From positions 28,790 to 92,789 of the forward strand of contig JAPLNQ010000237.1 in assembly GCA_026401075.1 (NCBI GenBank): DNA of 64,000 nucleotides, in the 5' to 3' direction. Within the stretch, counting starts at the first letter, position 1. Each line of letters opens with the position of its first letter. The translations under genes were made by a program, and so were the position numbers. A model generated the notes under the pieces. The model was not told the origin of the DNA. It saw nothing but the letters and a program-made list of their open reading frames with translations, and ran no database searches. Shown in pieces: positions 18,472 through 28,793 of the stretch. Source of the stretch: Planctomycetia bacterium (GTDB lineage Bacteria; Planctomycetota; Planctomycetia; Pirellulales; UBA1268).

Positions 18472-20247
18472 TCAACGACTCTGCAACCTGCCTCGCCGGG
18501 ACCATCCCGACAGCAGTGCGACCGCTGCGACCGCCACACACGCCCCCAGCGGCAGACTCCCCCAGACAAGCCACGGACTCGTGCGGCCGTCGGGCCTGAC
18601 ACGTGCCCGCAGGGTGCCAGTAGCCCGCCTGGGCCCCCTGGCCAACAGCCGGCCCGAACCGTCGATCCAGGCTGAAAACCCCGTGTTTGCCGCGATCGCC
18701 AGCGGCGTCCGCACCTCGACCGCCCGGAAAATCGCCGCCGTCAGGTGCATGTCGAGTTCACTCGACCCCCAAAACCAGCCGTCGTTGGTGAGGTTGACGA
18801 TGACGTCGGGCCGGCCCCCTTGACGGCCCAGTTCGAGCACCAGCGTCCGCACCGCCTCCGGCAGGGCTGTCTCATAGCAGATGTTCACCGCCACACGCGA
18901 GCCGGCGATCGTCACCGCCACCGGCTGGGTGCCGGCCGTCAAGCCAGCCGGGAGCGGCGTGAGCCGGTAGAGCCAGGGAAAACGCTCGGCGAGCGGAATG
19001 TACTCGCCAAACATCACAGGGTGCTGCTTGCTGTAGCACGCCAGCGCGACGCCCTCGGGATCGAGAAACAGACCGCAGTTGTAGTTTTTCGCGCCGGACG
19101 GGGCGTGTGGAGTGACCACCTGCTTGTCGAGGCCAACCAACCAGTGCGTGCCATACCGCCGCGCGAAGGCGGCCAGCAGCGTGAGCCGTTCCTGCTCGAG
19201 GACGCGACGACAGACCGCCTGCCGATCGGCGGCAGTCCCCGTCGTATCCCGACCGGCGAGCGTCTGCGCGACGACGCTCTCGGGCAGCACCTCGTCGGGA
19301 TCGATATCGAGCAGTCCCCACCGCCACATCGTCTCCGGCCAGACGATGAGGTCGGGACGCGATGGGCCGGCTTCACCCACGGCTGGTCCTTCACGCAAGT
19401 CCAGCGCAGCCATTGTGAGGTCGTCGTAGTGCTGTGCCACATCACCGGCGGCATCGGGATCATGCTTGAGTTCGGTGTCGATCGATCCCTGCACGAGCAG
19501 CACGTCGAGCACAGGGCCTTCCGACCGCGGCTCGCCCTGAATCCGCCAGTGTCCGTAGCCGATGGCGGCGACCAGCACGACGGCGGCGGCCAGGCCCGCC
19601 AGGACGGCCGCACGAACGCGCTCGCGCGACGCCACCGCGGCGACGGACTCGGCCAGACCGGCGGCCACGGCCATCACCACGCCCCCCACACCAACCGCCC
19701 CCAGGCAATCAGCCACCTGGATGAGCGTGGTCCATCGCCACTGGGTGTGTCCCAGTCCGCCGAACGTGAAGCCTCCCAGCACCGAGCCGCGGAGGTGCTC
19801 GCAGGCCATCCATGCCACGGGCGCCGCCACCACCAGCGGCCACCGCCAGCCATGCACCAGCCGGCGGGCGATCGCGACGAAGAGTGGCAGGGAGCAGGCC
19901 AGATAGGCCGAGAGTGCCACCCAGCCGATCGACGTCGCGGGGTGTGGCAGCCGCAGCCAATGAATTGCGGCCAGCCAGTGGCAGAAGCCGCCCAGCCACA
20001 GGCTCCGCCACGGATGCGCGGCCGAGAGACGGTCGGCCTGCACGATCGCCAGCCACGGCAGCGGCGCCAGCCAGGCGAGCATCCAGCAGTCGGCAGGCGG
20101 TTGCACGAGAAACATCGCGGCCGCGCCGGCCAACGCGAGGGACAGTACGCCGCGGCCGTTCAACGTCCCGTGAAACAGACCGGCCGTGTCCAGGCGGTCG
20201 AGCAGCAACCGGCCCAGCCGGCCCGCTTCGGTCGGCCGGTGCGTCAT
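18472..20247 (-). CDS. lnt: apolipoprotein N-acyltransferase
   Basis: Multi-TM N-terminal half followed by a CN-hydrolase domain with DLIVWPETMW and VAVNICYETALPE. 591 aa. Confidence 0.85.
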   Translation of the reverse strand: MTHRPTEAGRLGRLLLDRLDTAGLFHGTLNGRGVLSLALAGAAAMFLVQPPADCWMLAWLAPLPWLAIVQADRLSAAHPWRSLWLGGFCHWLAAIHWLRLPHPATSIGWVALSAYLACSLPLFVAIARRLVHGWRWPLVVAAPVAWMACEHLRGSVLGGFTFGGLGHTQWRWTTLIQVADCLGAVGVGGVVMAVAAGLAESVAAVASRERVRAAVLAGLAAAVVLVAAIGYGHWRIQGEPRSEGPVLDVLLVQGSIDTELKHDPDAAGDVAQHYDDLTMAALDLREGPAVGEAGPSRPDLIVWPETMWRWGLLDIDPDEVLPESVVAQTLAGRDTTGTAADRQAVCRRVLEQERLTLLAAFARRYGTHWLVGLDKQVVTPHAPSGAKNYNCGLFLDPEGVALACYSKQHPVMFGEYIPLAERFPWLYRLTPLPAGLTAGTQPVAVTIAGSRVAVNICYETALPEAVRTLVLELGRQGGRPDVIVNLTNDGWFWGSSELDMHLTAAIFRAVEVRTPLAIAANTGFSAWIDGSGRLLARGPRRATGTLRARVRPDGRTSPWLVWGSLPLGACVAVAAVALLSGWSRRGRLQSR

Positions 20248-20519
20248 GGGACAGCCTCGAATTCGGCAATCACCGTGCCGGGTGTCACAACGTCATCCTC
20301 ATCCACGAACTGCGTCATCAGGCGGCCCGCGACGGGCGCCTCCAGGTCGATGGTCGCTCCGCCGACGAGCAGTTCCACCACGCGATCCCCTTCCAGCACA
20401 TCGGCGCCCTCGGGCACGAGCCAAAGGGATACCCGCATCGACATGCCTATCACGCCGCACTCCGGCACCGCCAGCGGCTCGCGTCGAGGGTGGGCGTCTG
20501 TCGGCATTCCTGTCTGCAT
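20244..20519 (-). CDS. biotinyl/lipoyl-like (barrel-sandwich hybrid) domain protein without any lysine
   Basis: ORF 20244..20633(-). Plausible starts are ATG 20519 or 20507. The pattern LAVPECGVIGMSMRVSLWLVPEGADVLEGDRVVELLVGGATIDLEAPVAGRL follows lipoyl-domain spacing, but the E-x-D-K-A position reads LVGGA. It overlaps the lnt start by 4 nt. Confidence 0.5.
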   Translation of the reverse strand: MQTGMPTDAHPRREPLAVPECGVIGMSMRVSLWLVPEGADVLEGDRVVELLVGGATIDLEAPVAGRLMTQFVDEDDVVTPGTVIAEFEAVP

Positions 20520-20566
20520 CGATCGCTGTATCCCCGGCGTGATCACGGTCCACCAGCACGCGGCGG

Positions 20567-21514
20567 CTACTCGAGCCCGCGCAGCCATTCCAGCAGCACG
20601 CCGCCGACTGCCTCCAGCGACTCCGGCGCACACTGTCGGGGCGTGTCTTGCATGGTGTGCCAGTGCGGATAGTCGAAGTCGATGATGTCGCAGGTGGGAA
20701 TCTTGCCGATCATCCGCAGCGGCACATGATCATCCTCGACCGTGTATTTGGGACGGGGCACGAACTGCCGCACGTTCCGGTGGGCTGCCACGGCCCAGAT
20801 CGCATCCACGATCGGGCTGGTGTCGGGCCAGGTGACGCTCTGCTGCTCCTGCCAGATTTGGAGGTCGCGGTCGGCCACCATGTCGACGATCACGCCACAG
20901 CGGTAGCGGTGCTGCTGCCGACCGGCCTGCTGCTCAGCGGCATACTGCCTCGCAAAGAAGGTCGATCCCAGGAAATAGGGGTCACGCTTCTCAACGACAT
21001 ATTCCTCCGCATCGAAGAGCACGAAGTCGACGCCCACGGGGCCCGGCAGCGAGGGCATCGCGCGGGCCAGTTCCATCAGCAGCGCCACGCCGCTGGCGCC
21101 GTCGTTGGCTCCGATGAACACGCCCTTGGGATCGACGGGATCGCGGTCGGGGAAGGGACGGGTGTCGTAATGGGCACCGATGAGCACGCGGTCGCGGCGG
21201 TCGGGATGCCATTCGACGATGAGGTTTTCCATATGCACCGGTGCAGCGGTGCGCCGGTCCCGGATCTGAAAGGCCTGCCCGTGCACCGCGCCGCCCGCAG
21301 CGCGGAAGTGGGCGGCCAACAGGGCCCGCTGCTTCACCATGGCCGGCGAGCCGCTCGTCCGCGGTCCCAGCCCCGAGATCGCCTCCAGGTGCGCGAACGC
21401 CTGCAGACCGGAGAATGCCGGCGGCTCCTCCGCCCGGCTCACGGCCGGCAACGCGACCGCCGCCAACAGGGCCGCGGCAATCATGTGTGAGTGCATCCGA
21501 TGCAAGCCGCTCAT
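20567..21514 (-). CDS. secreted M28-family peptidase / glutaminyl-cyclase-like protein
   Basis: ORF 20567..21766(-). Start at ATG 21514, preceded by GAAGGAG. Signal peptide MSGLHRMHSHMIAAALLAAVALPAVSRA. Metal-ligand blocks GAHYDT, GANDGASGVA, FVLFDAEE. Confidence 0.75.
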   Translation of the reverse strand: MSGLHRMHSHMIAAALLAAVALPAVSRAEEPPAFSGLQAFAHLEAISGLGPRTSGSPAMVKQRALLAAHFRAAGGAVHGQAFQIRDRRTAAPVHMENLIVEWHPDRRDRVLIGAHYDTRPFPDRDPVDPKGVFIGANDGASGVALLMELARAMPSLPGPVGVDFVLFDAEEYVVEKRDPYFLGSTFFARQYAAEQQAGRQQHRYRCGVIVDMVADRDLQIWQEQQSVTWPDTSPIVDAIWAVAAHRNVRQFVPRPKYTVEDDHVPLRMIGKIPTCDIIDFDYPHWHTMQDTPRQCAPESLEAVGGVLLEWLRGLE

Positions 21515-21617
21515 GCAGACTCCTTCACCGAATAGTCTAATGCATCGAGGCCCGCTCACGGTCCTGTTGTTTTGGCAACATCCTGCCGCACCACTGCCCC
21601 CGGCCCCGGCATCCACC

Positions 21618-23396
21618 ATGAAACCATGTCTGAAACCGTTTCTGTATCGCGTGGCCTGCCTGCTGCTGGCGTTGGCATGGGCAGCCGGTGCGCGGGCGGG
21701 CGGAGGCCCCGAGAACCTGTTTCTCGTCGTCAATGCCTCGAGCCCCGACAGCGTTGCGGTGGCCAATGCCTATGCCGCCCTGCGCGGCATTCCCCCCATC
21801 AACGTGCTCATGCTGCCATGGCAGGAGAGCACCGAAAGCATCAGCATCGCCACGTTTCGCAGCGACCTGCTCGACCCCGTGCTCAAGGCGATCGATGGCC
21901 GTCGACTCGCCCCCCAGATTCATTGCGTCGTCTATTCGAGCGACTTTCCCTGGCGGATCGACTTCGCCGAGGAGATGCCCGAGGCACTCGCCTCGCAGCA
22001 GCTGCTCAAGTTTCCATCCGGCTCGCTGACTGGCATGACGATGCTCTACGGCGCGGTGCGGAGCGGCAAGGGTCCGGTCTGGCTCGATCCGCAGAGCAAC
22101 CGCTACTGGCGGCCGCTCGATGCCGCGGGCGTGCCGAAGTCGACCGATGGTTTCCAGGGTTGGCATCGCTACGATGCCCAGGGTGATGTCGTGAAAGAGG
22201 CCGGCAACCGCTACTTGCTTTCAGTGATGCTGGGAGTGACGGCCGGCCGGGGCAACTCGGTGCCCGAGATCATTCGCGGACTGGAGGCATCGGCGGCGGC
22301 CGACGGCACCAAGCCACCCGGCACGATCTACTTCGTGACCAACGACGACGTGAGGACTACGACCCGCAGCCCGGCCTTCCCGCCGATCGTACAGGCACTC
22401 GAAGCCCTCGGGGTCAAAGCCGAGATCGTCTCCGGCGTGCTGCCGTCGGCCAAACGCGACGTGGCGGGGCTGATGATGGGGTCGGCAGACTTCGACTGGC
22501 CCGCGAGCAAGAGCACGATCGTGCCCGGCGCCATCTGCGAAAACCTCACCAGCTACGGGGGGATTTTCACGCCGTCCGTTGGCCAGACGCCGCTCTCCGT
22601 CTTCATCCGCGCCGGTGCCGCCGGCTCCAGCGGCGCTGTCATCGAGCCCTACGCACTGCAGGCGAAGTTTCCACACCCTGCAATCCACGTGCACTACGCC
22701 CGCGGCGCCACGCTGGCCGAGGCCTTCTATCAATCGTTACAGGCGCCGTATCAGCTCTTGGTGGTGGGCGACCCGCTCTGTCGCCCCTGGGCCACGATCC
22801 CGCAGGTGGAGGTCGTGATGGCAGGCGACGGCCAAGAAATCGCCACCAATGCGACGCTCTCCGGCTCGATCGAACTGCTGCCGCGGGCGACGGTGGCGAG
22901 CCAGAAGTCAGCCCGCGACGGGTCGGCCTCAACCGGTGCCGTCGACCACTTCACGCTCTTTGTTGACGGCGTGCAACTGGCACAGTGCCGCCCCGGCGAC
23001 CGCCTGCCACTCGACACGGCGCAGCTGGCCGACGGACATCACGAACTCCGCCTGGTGGCCACTGAATCATCGTCGGTTCAATCGCAGGGCCGCTGGGTGC
23101 TGCCGGTGCGGTTCGCGAACCATGGCAAGACGCTCGCGCTCGAGGTCAAGCCTGCCCGCGTGAGCGTCGCGGGAACGGTGCGGGTGCGTGTGGGCGGCGA
23201 GGGGCTCGATGGGGTGGCGGTGTTTTCGATGGGGCGGGTGCTGGGCCGAACCCCCGGAGGCGACACGACGATCGAGGTGCCGGCCGAACTCCTCGGCCGC
23301 GGCCGCGTGACGATCCGCGCCACGGGCCGCTCCGGTCCCGGCGCAGCCAACAGCGTCAACGCCGACCCCGTCACGATCGAGGTGACGGAGAAGTAG
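21618..23396 (+). CDS. secreted hypothetical protein (592 aa)
   Basis: ORF 21339..23396(+), start at in-frame ATG 21618 (MKPCLKPFLYRVACLLLALAWAAGARA). The N-terminal LFLVVNASSPDSVAVANAYAALRGIPP block recalls a conserved PVC-group hypothetical family, from memory only. Confidence 0.6.
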   Translation: MKPCLKPFLYRVACLLLALAWAAGARAGGGPENLFLVVNASSPDSVAVANAYAALRGIPPINVLMLPWQESTESISIATFRSDLLDPVLKAIDGRRLAPQIHCVVYSSDFPWRIDFAEEMPEALASQQLLKFPSGSLTGMTMLYGAVRSGKGPVWLDPQSNRYWRPLDAAGVPKSTDGFQGWHRYDAQGDVVKEAGNRYLLSVMLGVTAGRGNSVPEIIRGLEASAAADGTKPPGTIYFVTNDDVRTTTRSPAFPPIVQALEALGVKAEIVSGVLPSAKRDVAGLMMGSADFDWPASKSTIVPGAICENLTSYGGIFTPSVGQTPLSVFIRAGAAGSSGAVIEPYALQAKFPHPAIHVHYARGATLAEAFYQSLQAPYQLLVVGDPLCRPWATIPQVEVVMAGDGQEIATNATLSGSIELLPRATVASQKSARDGSASTGAVDHFTLFVDGVQLAQCRPGDRLPLDTAQLADGHHELRLVATESSSVQSQGRWVLPVRFANHGKTLALEVKPARVSVAGTVRVRVGGEGLDGVAVFSMGRVLGRTPGGDTTIEVPAELLGRGRVTIRATGRSGPGAANSVNADPVTIEVTEK

Positions 23397-23413
23397 CTGG
23401 CTTCACGAAAAAC

Positions 23414-23434
23414 ATCGCATCGTGCGATTTTTTC
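23414..23434 (+). terminator. weak intrinsic terminator candidate
   Basis: atcgca-tcg-tgcgat stem-loop followed by tttttt, 18 nt after the stop at 23396. Confidence 0.35.
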
Positions 23435-23501
23435 TTGGCGGGCCTCCGCCCGCTGGTGCTTACTCGGCCCTCCGGGCCTAGCGCTGAATAGTACGATGCA
23501 C

Positions 23502-23644
23502 CCGTGAGGGGCTGCCCATGCCCCGAGAGCCGGCGTTGCTGACCAGCGCAGGCAGGATGCCGGAGCGCAGTCAGCATCGAGTGAGCGAAGGCCATGGATG
23601 GCCGTAGCGAACGTCCGGCGACGGGGCATGGGCAGCCCCGAACC
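23502..23644. repeat. MITE-like element, family 2 (about 143 bp, roughly 18-bp terminal inverted repeats)
   Basis: The ends ggggctgcccatgccccg and cggggcatgggcagcccc are reverse complements. Nt 23502-23591 are identical to 42421-42510. It lies between convergent genes. Confidence 0.75.
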
Positions 23645-23658
23645 AATGCGCCACTGCG

Positions 23659-24306
23659 TCAAATCAAATGGCCCGTCTCATTGAACGCGACGAGCCGCGG
23701 CCCCGGCCATTTGAGCTGCGTCACCGAGCAGTTGGCCAGCGCCGGCAGCCTCGTGAACGGCCGCTCCGCAGCCGCCGCCAGGAGCGGATGCTCGCGGCCC
23801 AGCATGCTGCCCAGCGCCGCAGTGAGCACGCCGCCGTGCGCCACCACGATCATGCCCGGGGTGTCGCGGCCGGCAAGCATCTCGATCGCCGCACGGCCGC
23901 GGGCCGCCAGCTGCGCACGCGACTCGCCGCCGGGAATCACGTAGTGCACGTCGCCCGACCGCCACTGGGCCACCTCCTCGGGGAACTCGGCCTCGAGATC
24001 GGCCCAGAGATGCCCTTGGAAAATACCTGCATGCAGTTCGCAGAGCCCTTCCTCCAGCATGACCGGTAAGCCGAGGGCGGCGGCGATCTCGGCGGCCGTC
24101 TCGCGGGCCCGCCGCAGCGGACTCGACCAGACTTCGCCGATCGACGCTTGAGCGACGGGCGGCGATGCTGAGAGGCTACGGCTCCAGGCAGCGATCTGCC
24201 GCGCCTGTGCACGGCCGAGGTCCGACAGTTCGATATCCTCTTGTCCCTGCACGCGTCCCTCGAGGTTGGAGACGCTTTCGCCGTGACGCACGAGGTATTG
24301 CAGCAT
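23659..24306 (-). CDS. histidine phosphatase family protein (phosphoglycerate-mutase-like)
   Basis: The N-terminal LVRHGESVSNLEGRVQG (RHG motif) and the later AHGG motif are typical of the family. 215 aa. Confidence 0.8.
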   Translation of the reverse strand: MLQYLVRHGESVSNLEGRVQGQEDIELSDLGRAQARQIAAWSRSLSASPPVAQASIGEVWSSPLRRARETAAEIAAALGLPVMLEEGLCELHAGIFQGHLWADLEAEFPEEVAQWRSGDVHYVIPGGESRAQLAARGRAAIEMLAGRDTPGMIVVAHGGVLTAALGSMLGREHPLLAAAAERPFTRLPALANCSVTQLKWPGPRLVAFNETGHLI

Positions 24307-24315
24307 GTCCGCAGA

Positions 24316-26010
24316 CTACCGCGTCAGATCGGTCGCGGGCAGGGTGGCCACGTCCGACCGCGTTGCAGCAGGGGCGGCTCGGTGCGGGGCGGCATGTCCG
24401 CCCTGCGATACGGGAGATGTCGCTGTGGGGGTGTTGGCCTTGGAAAGCTGCTCGACAAACTCGCGACCGGTTCCCTGCAGCACAAACACGTCGCTGGGAA
24501 CCTGCGCGGCACCGCGGGGGCGCACGATGCAGATCACCTCGGCCTCGCCATCGTGTCGCCACACATGATCGATCAACGCCTGTTCGCCGGCCGTGAGCTT
24601 CTGCGGGGCGGCGCCGGGGCCGGCGCCGTTCGGGCTGTTGGTGGGGGCCGTGGCGGCGGTGGGCAGGGCATCGGCGCGGTCGCGACGGTCGAACGACACC
24701 GGTGGCATTTCCGCCGGCATGCTCGGTAGCGCGGGCCCCGACGAGACGGCGGCCACGTCGCCCGCGCCACCGCTGGGATAGACGCTGCGATAGACGAAGG
24801 CGAGGCCGGCCTCGTCGAGCTGCTCGTGGATCGTCGGGAGTGCGGCGAAAAGCCCCTCGTTGTCGGCGGGATCGGCAGCGTTGCAGACGCCGATGAGCGT
24901 GCCGTCGAGCGCGAAGAGCCCGCCACCGCTGCGTCCCTGCACGGGCTGACCGGCAACCTGCACGTTCGCCGGTCCCAGATACTTGTCGACGGCGGTGACG
25001 CGGCTGTGATGGATCGTCGGGTCGTCGCCTCCATCGCAGCCAACCGTCACCACGGATGCACCTGGCTGCGTGTTGTGGTCAGCACCGCCGACACGGACCG
25101 GTTCGATCTGCCTGTCGGTGAAGATGCTCACCAGCGCGAGGTCGCGCTTGAGATCCCACGAGACGACCTGACCTGCCACACCCCGCGGGCCGTCTGGGCC
25201 GAACAGGTCGACCTCGACCCTGCCCTTGCCCTGGGAATCACGAAAGATGTGGCCGCAGGTAAGGATCAACGCCTCGCCCTGACGGCAGTCGATCACGGTG
25301 CCGGTTCCGCGCGACACGCCCTGGGAATCCTCGACGAGCAGACGTGCTGTGGAGGCCATCAGCCGCCGCTCGAGCGCGGCCCGCTGGGTGGGATCAAGTT
25401 GCGGGCCGCCGGCGGTCGTCCGTTGATCGGCTCCCGATGCCGCGACCGGTTGCTTGAGTCGCGGGGCCGCTGGTCGGTCCGGCTGCCGGGCGGCGGCGGG
25501 TGGAACAGCTGTCACGATCGCGGCGCCGGTGGTCTGCGGAGCGGCCTTCGGCTCGGTGGACAACGGCGCTCCAGCTGGCGTGACCGGCACCGGGATGCCT
25601 GCCAGGGCGGTGGCAGCCGGTGGTGTCGCCAGGGGCGCGAGGCCCAGCGGCTGCCGGCTTTTGGCCAGCAGTGTTTCCAGTTCGCCTCGGGTCGTGGCGC
25701 CGTTGATACGACCAACTTCCTGACCCTTGACCAAGAGCACGTAGCAAGGCACTCCGGTCACGCCAAAGCGGCGGACGAGGTCGCCCTCATGATCGACATC
25801 GACGTGCCGCACGACCCACCCGGCCGCCGTGATTTCGCCCACCAGCGGCGCCATCTGTCGGCACGGGCCGCACCACGACGCAGAAAAATTGAGGAGCACG
25901 ACATCGCCGGCGGCGACGGCAGCCGGATTGCCGCAGGCCGGTGAAGCGCACAGTGCCATCAGCCCCATCACGGCTGTCATTCGGAAGAGGAGTCGCGAGG
26001 ACCTGATCAT
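24316..26010 (-). CDS. secreted thioredoxin-domain / trypsin-like serine peptidase fusion protein
   Basis: Signal-like N-terminus, then a thioredoxin domain with WCGPC (LLNFSASWCGPCRQM), a Pro/Ala-rich linker, then a chymotrypsin-fold-like region (TGTVI...LTCGHIF, DLALV, GRSGGGLF). Confidence 0.7.
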   Translation of the reverse strand: MIRSSRLLFRMTAVMGLMALCASPACGNPAAVAAGDVVLLNFSASWCGPCRQMAPLVGEITAAGWVVRHVDVDHEGDLVRRFGVTGVPCYVLLVKGQEVGRINGATTRGELETLLAKSRQPLGLAPLATPPAATALAGIPVPVTPAGAPLSTEPKAAPQTTGAAIVTAVPPAAARQPDRPAAPRLKQPVAASGADQRTTAGGPQLDPTQRAALERRLMASTARLLVEDSQGVSRGTGTVIDCRQGEALILTCGHIFRDSQGKGRVEVDLFGPDGPRGVAGQVVSWDLKRDLALVSIFTDRQIEPVRVGGADHNTQPGASVVTVGCDGGDDPTIHHSRVTAVDKYLGPANVQVAGQPVQGRSGGGLFALDGTLIGVCNAADPADNEGLFAALPTIHEQLDEAGLAFVYRSVYPSGGAGDVAAVSSGPALPSMPAEMPPVSFDRRDRADALPTAATAPTNSPNGAGPGAAPQKLTAGEQALIDHVWRHDGEAEVICIVRPRGAAQVPSDVFVLQGTGREFVEQLSKANTPTATSPVSQGGHAAPHRAAPAATRSDVATLPATDLTR

Positions 26011-26253
26011 CCGTGGGCTCCGGCGAGTCTGGTGTGCGGGGCTTGCTGGTCGAAATGGCGGCGGCGTCGGAAGGCTGCCGACCGCGCGGCGGGATGGTGC
26101 CCTGCACGCACGACGGGGACAAGACCATTTTGCGTTTCACAACCCGCCAGTTGCTTTCCTATTCCACCTGTTTTTCGCGCGATTTCCCCGTTTACCACGC
26201 ACGCTCATACAATCGCCGTTCCGTTTGCCTTGAGACATCTCTAGAAACCCAGC

Positions 26254-28380
26254 ATGACCGACCGCGTCCGCCGTATTCTCGTCACCTCCGCCCTGCCCTA
26301 CGCCAACGGGCACATTCATTTGGGGCACCTGGTCGAGTACATCCAGACCGATATCTTCGTGCGGTTCCAGAAGCTGCGTGGCCACGAGGCCGTTTATCTC
26401 TGCGCCGACGACACGCACGGCACTGCGATCATGATCCGGGCCCAGGCCGAGGGCCGCAGCGAGCATGCACTGATCGCCGCGATGCGGGAGGCACACCTCG
26501 CCGATTTCGGTGGCTTCCAGATCGGCTTCAATCATTACGGCTCCACCGACAGTGACGCCAACCGCCGGCTGTGCGGTGTCATCTGGCGGAGCCTGCGGGA
26601 TCGCGGCCTGATCACCACGCGCGACGTGCAGCAACTCTACGACACCAAGGCCGGCGTCTTTCTCGCTGACAGGTTTGTCCGCGGCACGTGCCCCCGCTGC
26701 CAGACGGCCGACCAGTACGGCGACTCGTGTGAACAGTGCGGCGCGGCCTACACGCCGGCCGACCTTGTCGACCCCGTCAGCACGCTCTCCGGCACGCGGC
26801 CGGAGGTGCGGTCGGCCGAGCACCTGTTCGTGACGCTCGAACAGATGCACGCCTTCCTCGAAGAGTGGACGCAGCGTTCCGGCGCCCTCGATCCGCGCAT
26901 TGCCAACTACCTCGCCGGCCACTTCCTCTGCGACCCGCTTCGTGATTGGGACATCTCGCGGCCCGCCCCCTACTTCGGTTTCGAGATTCCCGACGCCCCG
27001 GGCAACTACTGGTATGTCTGGTTCGACGCGCCGATCGGCTATCTGGCCGCCACCAGCGAGTGGTGCGCCGCTCACGGCGGTTCGTTCGAATCGTGGTGGC
27101 ACCGCGATGGATCTGCACCGGCTGCCGAGATCCATCACTTCATCGGTAAGGACATCACCTATTTCCACACGCTCTTCTGGCCAGCCATGCTGGAGGCGGC
27201 CGGCCTCCAATTGCCGAAGCGGGTCCACATCCACGGCTTTCTCACCGTCAACGGCCAGAAGATGTCGAAGAGTCGGGGCACGTTCCTCCTGGCGCGAACC
27301 TACCTCGACCACCTCGATCCGGGCATGCTGCGGTATTACTATGCCGCAAAACTCTCTGGCGGCATCGACGACCTCGATCTGAACCTCGAGGAATTCACCG
27401 CGAAGGTGAATTCCGATCTGGTCGGCAAGGTGGTCAACCTCGCCAGCCGCACCGCGCGGTGGCTGGAGCAGACAGGCCTCGCGCCAGACTATCCCGACGA
27501 TGGCGGCCTCTTCGCCGCAGCGGCCGCCGACGGCGCTGCCATCGCCGAGGCCTACGAGGCCTGCGACTTCGCCCGCGCGATGCGAACCATCATGCAGGCC
27601 GCCGACCGCGCCAATGCCTACGTCGACGCCGAACAGCCGTGGAAGCTCGCCAAGGCGGGCCCGGAGTCGGCCGCGAAGCTGCACGACGTCGCCAGCGTGG
27701 CGATCAATCTGTTCCGGCAGATCGCGGTCTACCTCGCGCCCGTGCTGCCGGTGTTCGCAGCGCAGGTCGGCGAACTGGTCGGTGGGCCCATCCTCTCATG
27801 GGAGGAGTCGCAGCGACCGCTCGCGGGCCAACCGGTCGGCAGCTTCCGCTCGCTCATGCGCCGGGTCGAACCCGCACAGATCGAGAGCATGCTGGCAGCC
27901 TCGGTCACGCAGGCACGGGAATCCCAGGCCAAGGAACCGACGCAGCACGCCGTCCCCAATCAGTCCACTACGAAAGGAACAACGTCCATGGAACCTTCCG
28001 CCAGCCCGATTGATTCGGGCGAAGCCCTCGCCGCTGAGCCGCTCGCCCCCGAGTGCACGATCGATGATTTCACGAGGGTCGACCTCCGCGTGGCCCGCGT
28101 GCTTGCCGCCGAGGAGGTGCCCGAAGCGAAGAAGTTGCTCAAGCTCACGATCAGCTTCGGTGGCGAAGCGACCCGCACGGTGTTCGCGGGGATCAAGGGA
28201 TTCCACACGCCGGAGTCGCTCGTCGGCCGGCTCGTCGTGGTGGTCGCAAACCTCGCGCCGCGGCAGATGAAGTTTGGACTGAGCGAGGGGATGGTGGTGG
28301 CCGCCAGCGGCGCAGGCGCCACGGGCGTCTATCTTCTCTCCCCCGACTCCGGCGCCCTTCCCGGCATGCGGCTGCGGTGA
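26254..28380 (+). CDS. metG: methionine--tRNA ligase with C-terminal tRNA-binding domain
   Basis: HIGH region [11 protein letters not shown], zinc knuckle CPRCQ...CEQCG, KMSKS, C-terminal EMAP/Trbp111-like [11 protein letters not shown]...[14 protein letters not shown]. Confidence 0.95.
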   Translation: MTDRVRRILVTSALPYANGHIHLGHLVEYIQTDIFVRFQKLRGHEAVYLCADDTHGTAIMIRAQAEGRSEHALIAAMREAHLADFGGFQIGFNHYGSTDSDANRRLCGVIWRSLRDRGLITTRDVQQLYDTKAGVFLADRFVRGTCPRCQTADQYGDSCEQCGAAYTPADLVDPVSTLSGTRPEVRSAEHLFVTLEQMHAFLEEWTQRSGALDPRIANYLAGHFLCDPLRDWDISRPAPYFGFEIPDAPGNYWYVWFDAPIGYLAATSEWCAAHGGSFESWWHRDGSAPAAEIHHFIGKDITYFHTLFWPAMLEAAGLQLPKRVHIHGFLTVNGQKMSKSRGTFLLARTYLDHLDPGMLRYYYAAKLSGGIDDLDLNLEEFTAKVNSDLVGKVVNLASRTARWLEQTGLAPDYPDDGGLFAAAAADGAAIAEAYEACDFARAMRTIMQAADRANAYVDAEQPWKLAKAGPESAAKLHDVASVAINLFRQIAVYLAPVLPVFAAQVGELVGGPILSWEESQRPLAGQPVGSFRSLMRRVEPAQIESMLAASVTQARESQAKEPTQHAVPNQSTTKGTTSMEPSASPIDSGEALAAEPLAPECTIDDFTRVDLRVARVLAAEEVPEAKKLLKLTISFGGEATRTVFAGIKGFHTPESLVGRLVVVVANLAPRQMKFGLSEGMVVAASGAGATGVYLLSPDSGALPGMRLR

Positions 28381-28672
28381 CTTCACGCCGAGCTCGGAGA
28401 AGGCCCAACCCGCCGGGGGCGGTGAAAGCCTCCGACTCGAGGCGAGGATACGCCGACTCGCTTCGGCTTTCTCCGACCCCCGGCTCCTCAACTCCAGATG
28501 CTGAGGAGCCGGTCGGAGGCACGCGCAGGAGTCGGTGAACTTTGCGACTCACGAACGATTCACCATCATCCACGAGCATCCTGTAGCAAAGTCCGCCGGC
28601 GACGAGCATGCCGCAGCCGGCGAACCAATGCGGGTGACTGTGGTCGCGTCTTGGTTTCGACGGAGCGAACGT

Positions 28673-28712
28673 CCGGCTTTCGGGGCACGGGCAGCCCCGA
28701 ACTGCGACACTT
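28673..28712. repeat. solo right-end remnant of the family 2 element
   Basis: gagcgaacgtccggctttcggggcacgggcagccccgaac matches the right 40 nt of the elements at 23502-23644 and 42421-42562. Confidence 0.45.
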
Positions 28713-28793
28713 GGCCAGGCGTAGAATGACCGTGCAGACCGAACATCCGTCGTCCCCGGCAGCGGACGTCTTCACCCCGAGGAGGTCCTCCCC

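Noticed and set aside
28471-28518. 17-bp stem hairpin (ctccgacccccggctcctca / tgaggagccggtcggag) downstream of metG as a terminator
   Set aside because: No T-run follows it, it lies 90 nt after the stop, and it is a single copy. I left it uncalled.
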